A DNA stretch of 63,995 nucleotides, filler included, from Sphacelaria rigidula (taxonomy: Eukaryota), in NCBI GenBank assembly GCA_964200075.2. It is 3 parts of 3 records of this genome, joined end to end, with 100 filler letters (N's around TTAATTAATTAA, not from the genome) between each part and the next. Parts side by side here need not be neighbours in the genome. Positions count along the whole stretch, not along the records: positions 1 to 21,559 come from CAXNAA020000407.1; positions 21,660 to 43,202 come from CAXNAA020000408.1; 1 more part is not named here. The stretch is one strand, 5' to 3'. A program made the translations under genes and the position numbers. Positions 12,901-23,962 of this stretch are shown here, piece by piece; the first letter of the stretch is position 1, and the number at the start of each line of letters is the position of its first letter. Below the pieces are notes generated by a model, which was not told the origin of the DNA, did no database searches, and was given only the letters and a program-made list of their open reading frames with translations.

Positions 12901-15900
12901 CCCCACGACACCAACTTGGGCGAGTGTGATTTAAGCACGCTTTGCTTATTTTGCCAAAATTTTCGACGCTAGCACTTTCGAGTGCTTATGAAGAATGTAT
13001 GCGAAAACCCCCCGAAAATAGGTAATCCGCAGAACATGCTAGACAGGTCTGTGCAGTATAGGAGGGAAAACACGATCTCGATCGTTAATGTGAAGAATTA
13101 TATACGTATTCATTTATCTGGATATTTACCGTTTCGTCGCTGAAGAAGGGAAAAACTGCTGATATTGGACCAGAAATGGTCAGTAACATCCTCCTGATGA
13201 ACGGGGTATCAAGTCCGTATCGCCCCACAACCACCAACTTACGCACTGCAGTTTGAGCAAGGCCTACGCTTATCCCCTAAATCTACCGGCGCTAGCACTT
13301 TCAAGTAGTAAACAAAAGTACTGCAGAAAAACTGAAAAAAACAACAACAACGAATTCTGAATCGAATCTTTCGAATTTTTGTTTGGTTCTTGTCCAATGA
13401 CATTACGGCGGCGTGGCCAGGCGCATCATGGTTGAGTTGTTGTTGTTGTTGTTGTTGTTGTCTTCACATTGAAAAGTCGTTCCGGTGTCTGCGCAGTGCT
13501 GTACTGGACATCTGACTCGGACGTCTTCCGTGGTCACAGGCTACCGCCCCAAGTTTGGGTAAAAGGAAAATCAGGAAATAAAATCGGACTCACGAAAAAT
13601 CCACACAGACGCGATACAAGAAAACAAAACAAAACAAGACAAAAAGAACAAAAAGGGTGAAAATAAGAAGAGAGAGAAGAAAGAAGAAACCTATCCTTGG
13701 GCCTCTGAGAGGACAGCTATGCGTATGCATGAACTCGGCAAACCAGTGTGATTGTGTTTGTGTGCGTTTTCCCCGCTAACATGCTCGAAACGCAAAAATC
13801 GACCGAGCTCGCCCCCCCTTCCCAACTCCCAACGCTGCGGTCGGACCCGAGGCTACGGTCCTGAGAAGGTGACCCGGTAAACACGTCTTCACCTCGTGAC
13901 CCATACAGACAAACCGTTTATTACAAATATGATGAAATTCCCCTCATGGTGGTGCATCCGCGCTATATAACTCTCGAGATGGAACGGAAATGGAGCTTTT
14001 CTTCATACACTGACCCATAAGCGGCTAAGAGGAACAGAGACGGTAGGGCGAAGCTCAGCCTTCCCACACCTCAATCTGATGAGCACAACATGCCTTTACG
14101 TGCTAGCGAAAACTTGAAAGGAGGAGTGCAAACTGCTTCGACGCACTTGAGAAGATGAATGGATCAAACGGGTAAGGCACAACAGGAAGCAATGCTTTCA
14201 CCCGGGGAACACCATACGTGGTGGAACCACCCTAAGCCTTGTGACATTAGTTGGCTGTTGATGGAAACTTGGCGCCGATGAAACCTACGGTACGAGGTCA
14301 CAGCTGCTTCACCGAACCACCCCCAAACGCGCCGCCTACAGCACAGCACCCCAGCCCCCGCCACCACCAACAAATATGCCACTCACTTCGGCTGTTCAGC
14401 AACATCTAAGTGTGATTGTGCGAGACTTTCCGTACTGTACATACATGTAGGGATGCTGGCGCGCACGATCACCGCTACTGCATTAAAAGAAAGAAAAAAT
14501 CCTGCGTTGAGACGGCAACGTGATGGTCGCTTGTTCAGCCGCAAAGACAGTGACGCGCGATATATGCGTGACTACGGTAATTTGGTCGCAGCTCTTGTGT
14601 CAACATTGAACCCCCCCGCCCCCTATATAACACGCCACACACCGCGTAAGCCAGGCAACCAGGTCACTGTTTTTGCACGCTTGCGTTTGTTCTGCGGTAA
14701 CCATGATGGCAGTCAAGCTAGATCATGTTGTGCGGGGTGGGAAAACCTCTACTCCGCGCTAAGGGGATGATCGTACAACGTAGTGTTGAGATGGTGAGAG
14801 ACCCATGAGGCAGTGTGTATGCCGTGGCCGTCTCTGATAGTGGCGATACCAGAAAATAAAGCAACTCATCGTGGGCTGTCATTCACGTGTAAAATAATCA
14901 GTAAGCTTCGGGCCACACAATCGTAGTAGGATGCAGCTCAACCTTCATGCGACTTGCCGAACAAAATCACGGTGCTTCGTGCTCTGTGCTCGCGAGCGTG
15001 ATCCGGCAAAAACCTGGCGTGCTCCGTACCGGCTTTGTAGGAATACGAGACCGATTGTCGAATGAGTACGGTATGCAAGATCACGAGTACTCCGCCCCCC
15101 ATGCAACGAAAAAAGGAACAAAACCCGACCAACTGGTGGGTGAGCTGACGACTGAGCGCTCACAGGGTCGAGATACGGAACTTCAGTAGTGCTGGTAGTA
15201 GCAGTGGTGACGGTGATGTCACGGGATCTCGAGCTCTTTTAGACCGCCGTAAATTAGCGTCGTACTTTCTCATCGGGGTTGCCATCTGACGTCCTTATTC
15301 CCGCTCCCACCTTGTCGCTTCGTCATTCGGGGCATTATGCAGGGCCAGCGGGGAACGACGAAGAAGGGCGTGCCAATCATGTACGACATTGAGGACAAGA
15401 TCAACTTCGCCGTGTTCCCTGGTAAGAGATCAAAGCGCTTGGGGGCAACCAACAGTTACTTGCCATACCTTTTGGTTTTGCGTGACTGTTCACCGAATGA
15501 TTGATGGAATGATTCATCGTCTCATATCAACGGACTCCCGACATGCCCAGCCGCGTTCTCTAAATGCACGTACCCAGGGTAGCTCACAAAAGGGCAACGC
15601 TCGCTACAAGGAAACTCGACAACGGCACGAGACGATTCATATATATATATATATGTATACATCGATGAAACGGACATGACAAAACAGAACACAGAAAAAG
15701 AACGGGAAAAAACATGTGCGCGGGTGTTCTCAAAATATCTGCTGTTGTTGAAGAACGAGAAGGGAAGGGCCGACAGTATGGAAGTTTACAGTAGTTCTGT
15801 ATAGTAGTGCCACAACGAAATTACACATACACTTCAGCGTGACTTCACAAACTGCGTGCGCCTGAGGCCCTAACCCGGCCGAACATACGGGGCTGGAGTC

Positions 15901-18900
15901 GTACCCGTACTTGCACCTATCTTCTACGGAGTATACGTGAAGGGGGGAGAGGAGCGATGGGATGAAAGATCAGACTGCTCCGTTTGGTTTCCGCTTATTT
16001 TCTTGTTTATATGCCTTTATGCAGAAAGGATTGCAGAGAAAGAAATGCAAGAGCTCGTCAGCCTTCCGGCTACGAAATAGCGGTAGTCATTTTTCAGTGA
16101 GACCCCTGTAGAGTATACAATATAAATATCGTGTGTATACGTCCGGTTATTTTGCTAGGTCTTTCATTCAACATTTATCTATGTTCGTATATACGGTATC
16201 GGTCGGCTTTCAAGAGACCAAAAATCAGGCTTCGCCTGACATTTTTCCTCTTTTATGCGAGCAGAAAACCACACTGTTTATACTGTTTAAACCATCCACA
16301 TTCAGCGCCAAGCCTACGCACCTTGAAATTTTCAAAACCCCAGCATCTTTTTCTTTGCCTCCACTTACTTCCAAGCGGGCCGTTTATGCAGATGTTCGTA
16401 CATACGGTATCGGCCGGCTTTCAAGAGACCAAAAATCAGGCTCCGCCTGACATTTTTCCTCTTTTATGCGAGCAGAAAACCACACTGTTTATACTGTTTG
16501 AACCATCCACATTCAGCGCCAAGCCTACGCACCTTAAAATTTTCAAAACCCCAGCATCTTTTTCTTTGCCTCCACTTACTTCCCAGCGGGCCGTTTATGC
16601 AGATGTTTATTTATCCGTCTGCACTCATGTATATTTGTCCCTTTTCACACGTTTCATATAAATACATATACTCATCCCATCCGTGCCATCCTTCATTTGT
16701 GATAGCTCTGAGCCATCATGGAAGAAGACTTCCCACGAGTATCTGTCGACTGCGCCACTTAATCACCACTTCCCATCAGTAATACCCGCTCGTCTGTTGA
16801 TGCCCTTTTTCGTGAACAACTCCACCACAGGGCTACAGGGTGGTCCCCACAACCACACTATCGCCGCGCTCGCCACCGCGTTGCGCCAAGCCAAGTCACC
16901 GGAGTTCGTCGCTTACCAGAAGCAGGTGTGTGTGTGAGGGAGAGGGAGAGGAAGTGAGGAGGATGTGTGTGTATTTGCTGTGTCGAACTGGGGAGAAGAG
17001 TCAACCCCCTTCCCCGCGACCGCGAGGGCGAATGTGCGTTTGTTGCATCCCTCCGGGACGTAGTTTCCTCTTTTTGTTGTCCTGGCAATCGGAGAATGGC
17101 TCCACGGCGTGTTACCGCCAGGTACGCATGCGTGCACGTTCTCGTCACGCTCATCCCCACACTTGTTACTGCCCGCATGACCTGTGTCATGTCCCAGCGA
17201 CAAGCAGGTGCTCACGTGTTCCCCGTACAACTGTTATTGTCCCGCATTATGTGTCATGCTCTGGCAACGAAAAGTTTCGTACTTGTTTCATCAGATTGTG
17301 CTCGAGAAGGACACGTGTCGGGATTCGAACCTGCGATCTTTCGCCCTTTCTGGCTAATGACTAAAATGACTGTTGTACCATTTCAATTCTGTCACCGGCG
17401 CGCGGCGACATGGCGCCGTAGTGTAGATGGTGGAAGCGTTGGAAGAGCGTTGGTTTGCAACCGTGGTATATTTAGCTCTTGTATCTCAGACACGACACTA
17501 CAGTATCAGGAGTCTAGCTTCCCAAAAGCCTGCCATGTGCCAACTGTATGGAGCGTGCAAGCTCACACACAGAATGGCGGTTGGTTTCGTTTTCACAGGG
17601 ACACATTCACATTCACAAGCACGCGTTCATCACTCACTTTTCATAAGGGGGGGGGGGGATAGAATTGCTTCATATTTTTTTCATCCCTGTTTTTTGCGTG
17701 TATAGATATGCCACCCATGGCTCGCGAATAAAGTACGACATGATGCGTTGAACTACAACACCACCATCAACTACAACAAAAACCTCAGGTTGTGCGTAAC
17801 TCTGCGGCGCTAGCCTCGGCCCTGAACGGCATGGGGTATGAACTTGTCAGCGGCGGCACGGATAACCACCTCGTGCTCGTAGACCTCAAGAAGTCGGCGG
17901 TGAGTGTTCATGACGATTTTGGTGCAGCAGACAGTTGCTTGTTCGTTTTCGTAGCAAATGTTGCGTGTCACCCGCAGCAGCTCGTCGCGCGTAAGCAACA
18001 AATATATTTCGTGATTCGAGCAGCCAATATATTCGATTTTTTTGTTGTTAATATTCGTGTGTTGCTTTGTTGCGTGTTTTTGAAGCCAGACTATTAAATG
18101 GGCATGTTGTAGACAAAGTCACTCGGGACAACAGTATGGTGTCCAACAAAAACTATCATGAGAAGAGCAAGAAAAAACGGGTAATGCGAAGCCAGGTCGA
18201 ACGTCATGGCTTTTTGCTTCCTCTCTCCTTCTGTGTCCGTGTGAAGATAAATTTAGGACATGAGCGATGACTGAAAAGGTGTAGATGGAACCACCAAGTG
18301 GGACGTGGCGAACTCGAAAGGAATACCCACGGACGAGAAATCATATGAACATGTTTTGTACTCGACTGTGATCACGGGTTCGAGAGATCGGGCCAACGTT
18401 AAAAAAAGATGAAGAGGTGAAAACTCGACTAGACGACTGACGGGAAACTAGTTGCTTGAAAAGAGGGGAAAAAGCACGAGTACGTCATGGGGATTCTCAC
18501 TCTTTTTGCCTTTGTATATCCTTATCTGCTATACCTGTGGTGTTCAAGTTGTGCGAAGGGTGACTTTTTTGAGCAAACTACTACATCACATGCCCCACAT
18601 AAAAAGCAAAGAGTGAAGACCTGGGATGTCGGAGATGGCAGCAGCAGCAGCAAAAACAACAAAACTATTCCTCTGGTTTTTGGTTATTCACCACGTACGT
18701 GCGCGCATGCTTGAATGGAATAAAATATTGATACCTCAGTCATCAGCTGCACAATCAACCTACAATCAGTTCAGTCATGAATATCAACCGACACAGTACC
18801 AGGAAGAAGCACACCCTCTCTATCTGGCTTCCTCACACACAAAACTCAATAAGCAGGAGATGGACGGCGCACGAGTGGAGCTGATTTTGGAGATGGTGAA

Positions 18901-20992
18901 CATGGCAACAAACAAGAACACCGTACCAGGGGACACGAGCGCGCTCAACCCCGGAGGTGTACGCATGGGAGCGCCCGCCCTCACGTCGCGCGGATTCACG
19001 GGTATGTCAAAGGAAATGTCCGGAGGAATGTGCGTGTGCGTGTGTGCTTGCGTGTGTTTTTTTATGGGCTCAGTGTCAAGTTTTTTGTTCGTTTTTAGTC
19101 ATTGTTTATCAGCTTAACTTGCTTCGTTTTTCTACGCCGTCTTTTCTTCGTGTAGCGAGCGTTCCCGTTTTGCTAGCCTTGGGCACGCCACATGCTGTGG
19201 ATGTTGACCATGGCTACGTCCCTCGGGAATCAGTGAAAGTGCGTCAATCACAATTAATCCATGAATCGGTGAAAATGGGCTTTTTTTCACTCCGTCCGGA
19301 AGTGAGTGGCGTGAATGAAACGATGCTCTACCTTGTACATAACTGACCACTTTTTATCGCACGGTGCACATATTGATTATTTATTATAGATACAGTATTG
19401 AGCTGCTGGTAGAAAATGATGACCACATGCACTGGTTGAAATTGAAGGCGTAAAAGATACACGTGCATTAGAATAATGACAATACTTGAAAGTTACTGGG
19501 CTTGCAACGCCTGCACGAGCTAGCGTTATCGCTAGCTTTGCGTCGAAGTGCATGGGAAGCAGATATGTGCCTCCTGTATCACCGCCTCTCTTGCCGCTGA
19601 CTGCTTTCTCGCTTTTTCTACATCTGTGGGACCCCTTTTTCGTTTTTTTCTGTTCCTTCTTTTTTCTCAGAGCGTGTTTCAGTTTCGTTTTTGTTGGGTG
19701 AGTCTATCATGAGACCACGGCTGGACCCCTGGGGGGTCACTTGAAGTGCGACAATCAATCAATAATCTGTGGGAACCACATCAAGGGGACAAATTCCCGA
19801 AAGTATCTTGTAAAAAAATCACCTCTTAACCTTTGTGAGACCATGAGATATAGCTAGCATGCCTCACGAACAAAAAGGTCCCGGGTTCAAAATACCAGAC
19901 CCCACCAAAAGTAGTGGGAGCAAAAAAAAACAAAAAGGTGTATACCACCTGAACTGAAGTTCAAGAACGCACGGAAAGTCTTCTGCGGCGATTGTTGGGC
20001 GGATGGCCCAACAACACCCGTGGAAAATATGTGGAATTCAAGGCAAGACCCCAACCGGAAGTCGGCGTTGAACGTTGGTCCTACAAAACCTTGAAAAGGT
20101 CCATGAAAGGGGCCAATAGACAAATTCTTACAAGTGCCTTGTCAAGAAATCACCCAGTCACACATGTCTACATTTTTACATGTGGAGAAGAGCAAGAGCT
20201 CGTCTGTCGCGGCGTAGTCGCTTGGTTTTACGGCGAGAGCACACTCGGGCACGCGAACCTGTTTTTGTGCAAATTGGCGCGAGTAAGGCACTGGCGACTG
20301 TTTGCTGTCGCGCAGATTCAACTAGGTTTACTCAGTAGAATCTCTTCTCACTTTTCGCCTCGCCCTCCGGAGACACGACTCCGTGAGTAGACAACAACAA
20401 ACAGGGATCTTGGAGCGCTGATTCAACCCCCCCCCCCCCCCAAATGAAGAATGTCTGGGAGGTACTGTACTGGGGAAGGGAGAGAAATGAATCAAAACCT
20501 CCGATACTACGCACTCGTCCCGAGAACGGCTACGAGTCAAAATATGATGACGATACGTACGTGAATCCCCGACGGGGTGCTCGAAGGATACTCGAGCGTC
20601 GTTTTCCAAAAAACCTCTCACGAGCCAGCTGTCATCATCCACTTCGTAGGGTACACTAACACTTCGTAGGGTACACTAACACTTCGTCGGGTACACTCGT
20701 TATTATGAACTCAATTTTTGTTTTTTTGTACCATATATTTGTTTATTGATAAATCGGAACAACAGAGGAGGACTTCAAGCAGGTTGCGGAATTCTTCCAC
20801 CGTGGCGTGGAGCTCGCGAAGCACATCAAGCATGACACGGGGGGCAAGATGAAGACATTCCGCGAGTCCCTGGCTGACGGTGGAAGCCAGTGGCCAGAGC
20901 TCGCCGGACTTAAGGAAGACGTCGTGGCGTTCAGCAGAGCGTTCCCCGCGATCGGCTTTGACAAGGAGGCCATGCGCTATGCGGCCAAGTAA
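816..20992 (+). CDS. SHMT: Serine hydroxymethyltransferase (glycine hydroxymethyltransferase), probably mitochondrial; 12 exons, 503 aa
   Basis: Exons 816-908, 1193-1264, 6590-6739, 8250-8354, 9161-9268, 10055-10156, 12033-12257, 15343-15421, 16831-16925, 17789-17899, 18857-19001, 20766-20992. All introns are GT-AG with matching phases; total 1512 nt. Motifs [55 protein letters not shown] (PLP lysine), [27 protein letters not shown]-terminus is Arg/Ala/Thr-rich with no acidic residues. Confidence 0.97.
1193..1264 (+). CDS. SHMT: SHMT exon 2
   Basis: ctgcag|[24 protein letters not shown]|gtgaag. Confidence 0.95.
3617..3949. mobile_element. Foldback/palindromic MITE
   Basis: Inverted arms of about 135-150 bp (GATGGTGCA...TGCACCATC) with a short spacer; TSD unclear. 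Confidence 0.85.
3984..4535. mobile_element. Tc1/mariner-type MITE
   Basis: TA|CAGTAGTGGGCGGTCTAACTATTC...GAATAGTTGGACCGCCCACTACTG|TA; internal sequence recurs at about 12600-13010 and 13170-13320. Confidence 0.85.
5289..5768. mobile_element. PIF/Harbinger (Tourist-like) palindromic MITE, copy 1
   Basis: TGA|GGCCGCTCC...GGAGCGGCC|TGA; arms over 200 bp; nested in a smaller inverted-repeat element at about 5252-5842. Confidence 0.9.
6590..6739 (+). CDS. SHMT: SHMT exon 3
   Basis: cacag|[15 protein letters not shown]...[10 protein letters not shown]|gtacgt. Confidence 0.97.
8250..8354 (+). CDS. SHMT: SHMT exon 4
   Basis: cacag|[13 protein letters not shown]...[16 protein letters not shown]|gtaagg. 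Confidence 0.97.
9161..9268 (+). CDS. SHMT: SHMT exon 5
   Basis: atcag|[36 protein letters not shown]|gtgaga. Confidence 0.97.
10055..10156 (+). CDS. SHMT: SHMT exon 6
   Basis: tacag|[34 protein letters not shown]|gtcagt. Confidence 0.97.
10395..10868. mobile_element. PIF/Harbinger (Tourist-like) palindromic MITE, copy 2
   Basis: TTA|GGCCGCTCC...GGAGCGGCC|TTA; homologous to 5289-5768. Confidence 0.9.
11818..11960 (+). mobile_element. (ATCA)n-tailed retroposon copy
   Basis: Same 3' motif; ends about 70 bp before SHMT exon 7. Confidence 0.75.
12033..12257 (+). CDS. SHMT: SHMT exon 7 (PLP-binding lysine)
   Basis: aacag|[11 protein letters not shown]...[20 protein letters not shown]|gtgcgg. 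Confidence 0.97.
12600..13320 (+). repeat. Partial copies of the interior of the 3984-4535 MITE family
   Basis: Shared GAGTGA(C/T)TTACGGGCT and ACGGTCAATAACA..CTCCTG.TAAACGGGGT blocks. Confidence 0.7.
15343..15421 (+). CDS. SHMT: SHMT exon 8
   Basis: tgcag|[26 protein letters not shown]+G|gtaaga, phase 1. Confidence 0.96.
16181..16608 (+). repeat. 211-bp tandem duplication (2 copies) in SHMT intron 8
   Basis: Units start at 16181 and 16392 and are nearly identical. Confidence 0.95.
16831..16925 (+). CDS. SHMT: SHMT exon 9
   Basis: cacag|(G)[31 protein letters not shown]|gtgtgt. Confidence 0.96.
17270..17408 (-). mobile_element. tRNA-derived SINE 5' fragment, variant head
   Basis: GCCGCGCGCCGG..TTGAAATGGTACAAC..GGTTCGAATCC (B box). 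Confidence 0.65.
17789..17899 (+). CDS. SHMT: SHMT exon 10
   Basis: ctcag|[37 protein letters not shown]|gtgagt. Confidence 0.96.
18857..19001 (+). CDS. SHMT: SHMT exon 11
   Basis: agcag|[26 protein letters not shown]...ALTSRGFT+G|gtatgt, phase 1. Confidence 0.95.
19605..19765 (+). mobile_element. 5'-truncated retroposon with (ATCA)n tail
   Basis: GACCACGGCTGGACCCCTGGGGGGTCA.TT.AAGTGCGACAATCAATCAAT; other copies at 11818-11960(+), 19205-19262(+), 43521-43695(-), 45845-46040(-), 62043-62215(-); degenerate copies near 8945-9010 and 54891-54932. Confidence 0.8.
20639..20697 (+). repeat. 20-bp minisatellite, 3 copies
   Basis: ACTTCGTAGGGTACACTAAC repeated. Confidence 0.9.
20766..20992 (+). CDS. 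SHMT: SHMT exon 12 (terminal)
   Basis: aacag|(E)[18 protein letters not shown]...[19 protein letters not shown]. Confidence 0.96.
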
Positions 20993-21559
20993 TATATAGA
21001 AAAAAGAGTTGTCATCCTCCATGTACTTGGTCGAGTTGCTGAAAACATGTACACACATATATACATACGAATCAATGTTTAGTGCTGAAACGGTTTGGTT
21101 TGAGCCGATGAAACAAATCGAAGACGCGGGCAAAATAGTTCCGCTATATAGAACAGGCGGGCAACGAGCGACTCACGTACTGGAGTACACGCAGGAGGCA
21201 GATTTACTTCAACAGCTACTCAGGGGGCAACATATCTTGTTGAAGAAACGAAGAAGGCATAGCGTTGGCGGAGGAAGGGGACGATGAAAGAGCACACAGC
21301 TATGACACCCGTACTAGATTTTAATGCGGCAGAGATTTAATGCGATGAAAGTATAGGTCTCCGCGACCGAAGCAATTAATCGAAGAGGCTTTAATTTCTG
21401 TTCTTTCTGTCCTGTGTTCGATGTGTGCACTTCGAAGTATACTGTATTCCATTCGTTTTTTCCTCGAGTATGCTTCTTCGCTCCGCCCCCCCTGCTCCGT
21501 CTCGAAAGGGATGCGTGGTCAATGGCCAAATGACGAAGGCAATCAACAAATGAGTATGA

Positions 21560-21659
21560 NNNNNNNNNNNNNNNNNNNNNNNNNNNNNNNNNNNNNNNNN
21601 NNNTTAATTAATTAANNNNNNNNNNNNNNNNNNNNNNNNNNNNNNNNNNNNNNNNNNNN
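21560..21659. other. Scaffold gap with artificial TTAATTAATTAA linker
   Basis: N run, TTAATTAATTAA, N run; 100 bp in total. Confidence 0.95.
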
Positions 21660-21950
21660 GGGCGGGGATGAAGAAGCGGTATATAGGCAGTTGATCTCGG
21701 TAGCTGAGAATTGCCCAGAACGTGCAAGTACGCGCGCCGCAACGCTGATACCCTTCGAAGAGAATTTGCCGCATGCAACAAAGGGGGGAAATGGTGGCCC
21801 ACCCCGACCACAATGGGCTGTGTGGCAAGGTGATGGGGAGAAAAGTATCATCCAAAGCCACAAGTGGCGGGCGGCCCGCCAGTCGTCGTATCCTGGTAGA
21901 AGCTCTCTACCACGACCCATACTGCTTGCTACATCAGATGCACACTACCT

Positions 21951-22055
21951 CATACCCTGGACAGTAGAATACACGGTAAAAAAAGGTACTGCGTACAGTA
22001 TGGAATCTATTGTCTATTGCATTTTTTTACCGTGTATTCTTTTGTCCAGGGTATG
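21951..22055. mobile_element. Short hairpin MITE (CCCTGGACA termini)
   Basis: CATACCCTGGACAGTAGAATACACGGTAAAAAA...TTTTTTACCGTGTATTCTTTTGTCCAGGGTATG; related copy at 48236-48406. Confidence 0.8.
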
Positions 22056-22228
22056 CACCCTGCACCTGAAAATTGATCAGATGAAACTTTCGGTCTTTGT
22101 CATAACCCTGCAGTTACATACGCGGATTTTCAGCAACACGCCACTCTTTCGTGCAGACGCCAGACGCGTCATTCCTGACCAGCCTTACTGGTCGTTTCCG
22201 AGGCCCGGTCCCAAAAGGGTTAATGTGA

Positions 22229-23962
22229 CGTTTAGTGACGGGGTCAGAAGAAATTCAGAACAGTGTTTTGCAGGCCACTTACCGGCCCACGTTTGGTGTT
22301 TGTGTATCGAAACTTTTCGTGCGCCGTGGCTAGGGCATAGTTGACGAAACAAAGTGGGTCAGGTTGATTTTTTTACTCCACTGGTTGAAGGCGTTTTAGT
22401 ATGGAAACGACTTTTTTTACGAGAATGCTCGAACCTCTCCAAAAAAAAAATGAGGGTCCATTTTTTTTTATTCAGTATACCCCTGTGGTTCTTTATCCTG
22501 ATGTTCGAATCACAATTTGAAAAAATAGACGTGAGGCCCAAGAGCAGGGTTCATTTCTCCTCAAAACTGCCCGAAAAACCCGAAAAACCTGAAAAAACGA
22601 AAAAATTGAACAAGTTGTTTTTCAAGCTATATATGGCACTGGCGGTTCTCCATACGAATTTCATAGCATAGCTCTCAAAAACTGAGACGCGATATCCAGA
22701 TTTAGTCCATTTAGTGCCTTTGCTCATAATATACTGACTTTAGAATGGAAACTTACGTGCGCCATATCTCGAGATAGATTACGAATTAGGTGAAGGCGAG
22801 GGTATCTGTCGTCTCCGCGTGCTCCAGGGAATATCCACACCAAAATTTGTCGTCATCCGCTGAATGCATCAATCAGGGTTTCTGTAAAGATATTAGAATG
22901 GCCGCCATCTCCGTGAAGTATACGAATTACTAGACATGGGGTTAACCCTTAGACGAGCGTCGCCTCGGCACAGTTGTATAGGCTGACAGTCCCGAAACAT
23001 CTGGGGGATTCCAGAGCTCGGGGTGGGTGGTTTTTTAGGGGGGGGTATCTCTCCGCGGAGCATCGTAGAAGGTCACGGAGTCAACCATGTGTGTTTGGAA
23101 GTTTCTCGCGGAAAATTATGAGCCTGCACGAGGCTCGAGAGGCGCGGGATGACCTTTCTGACCAGTCACGGTCGTCAAAATGAGCACCTTTGTTACGGTA
23201 TAGGCAGAGAGCTGGTGGACACATTCGCCGTCTACCCTCAAATCTCATTTTGATCATGCCAAATCAACCATATATTACATAATCAAAAAGTAGGTGTTCG
23301 AGCATCTCAGGTACACTGTGTCTGTCTCTCCAGTACTGCCTGAGCGTCGTACTAGCTCCACACCTCCATCTGGTATAAAACGTCATGGTGCAACACGCGA
23401 GCGGCGGCCACGAGTATCCTATGCACGTACATGTCGACAAGTGCTTGACGGTGAGGCGACCGCCATCGCCGAGCAATTGCTCCACGGTAGTCAGGGGCGT
23501 TCGCGGCGGTAGTCATGGTGCGATATCCAAACGCATGCTGCGTACACTTGGTACGTTCAACACTCTAAGATCCAGTACGCTGCAGACCGTACGTGCAGCC
23601 GCGGCATGATACACGAAAGACTGCACAGCAAAAATATTAGGCGAAACAATCAGGTGGTCGACAACCACACCACCGTCTGTGTTACGACTCTCACAACTAT
23701 GTACCTCTTACGCACTCACGGTCCCTTCTCCCGTAGCGTAGGCGTTTTGGGTTGTGACAAAGGGATGATCGTGAACCCCAAAAGTAGAGTGTATACCTCA
23801 GTCTACCAGCGTGGGGGGGTCGCTATCTAAGACTTAAATCAACGAGAAAATATGGGCCCAAACTTTCGAGCAGATGGACACCTTCCCCTTGGTTAGACGA
23901 TTAATACAATACCCGGATCATGGCCCAACTGGTCTGTGTGGACGAGATATTGCTTTGAGAGA
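22229..23962 (-). mobile_element. Partial inverted copy of the 51328-53039 TIR element, split by a TTAA insertion
   Basis: 22229-22945 and 23838-23962 are reverse-complement homologues of about 52732-51360. Confidence 0.88.
22946..23833. mobile_element. Non-autonomous piggyBac-like element (888 bp)
   Basis: TTAA|CCCTTAGA...TCTAAGAC|TTAA; the paralogue at about 51485 shows the empty site. Confidence 0.8.

Noticed and set aside
20639..20697. CRISPR-like short repeats (also 25501-25545 and 57279-57335)
   Set aside because: Head-to-tail units without unique spacers, no cas genes, eukaryotic context
21604..21615. TTAATTAATTAA palindrome inside N runs (also 43247-43258)
   Set aside because: Artificial six-frame-stop scaffolding linker; gene adjacency across these gaps should not be over-interpreted
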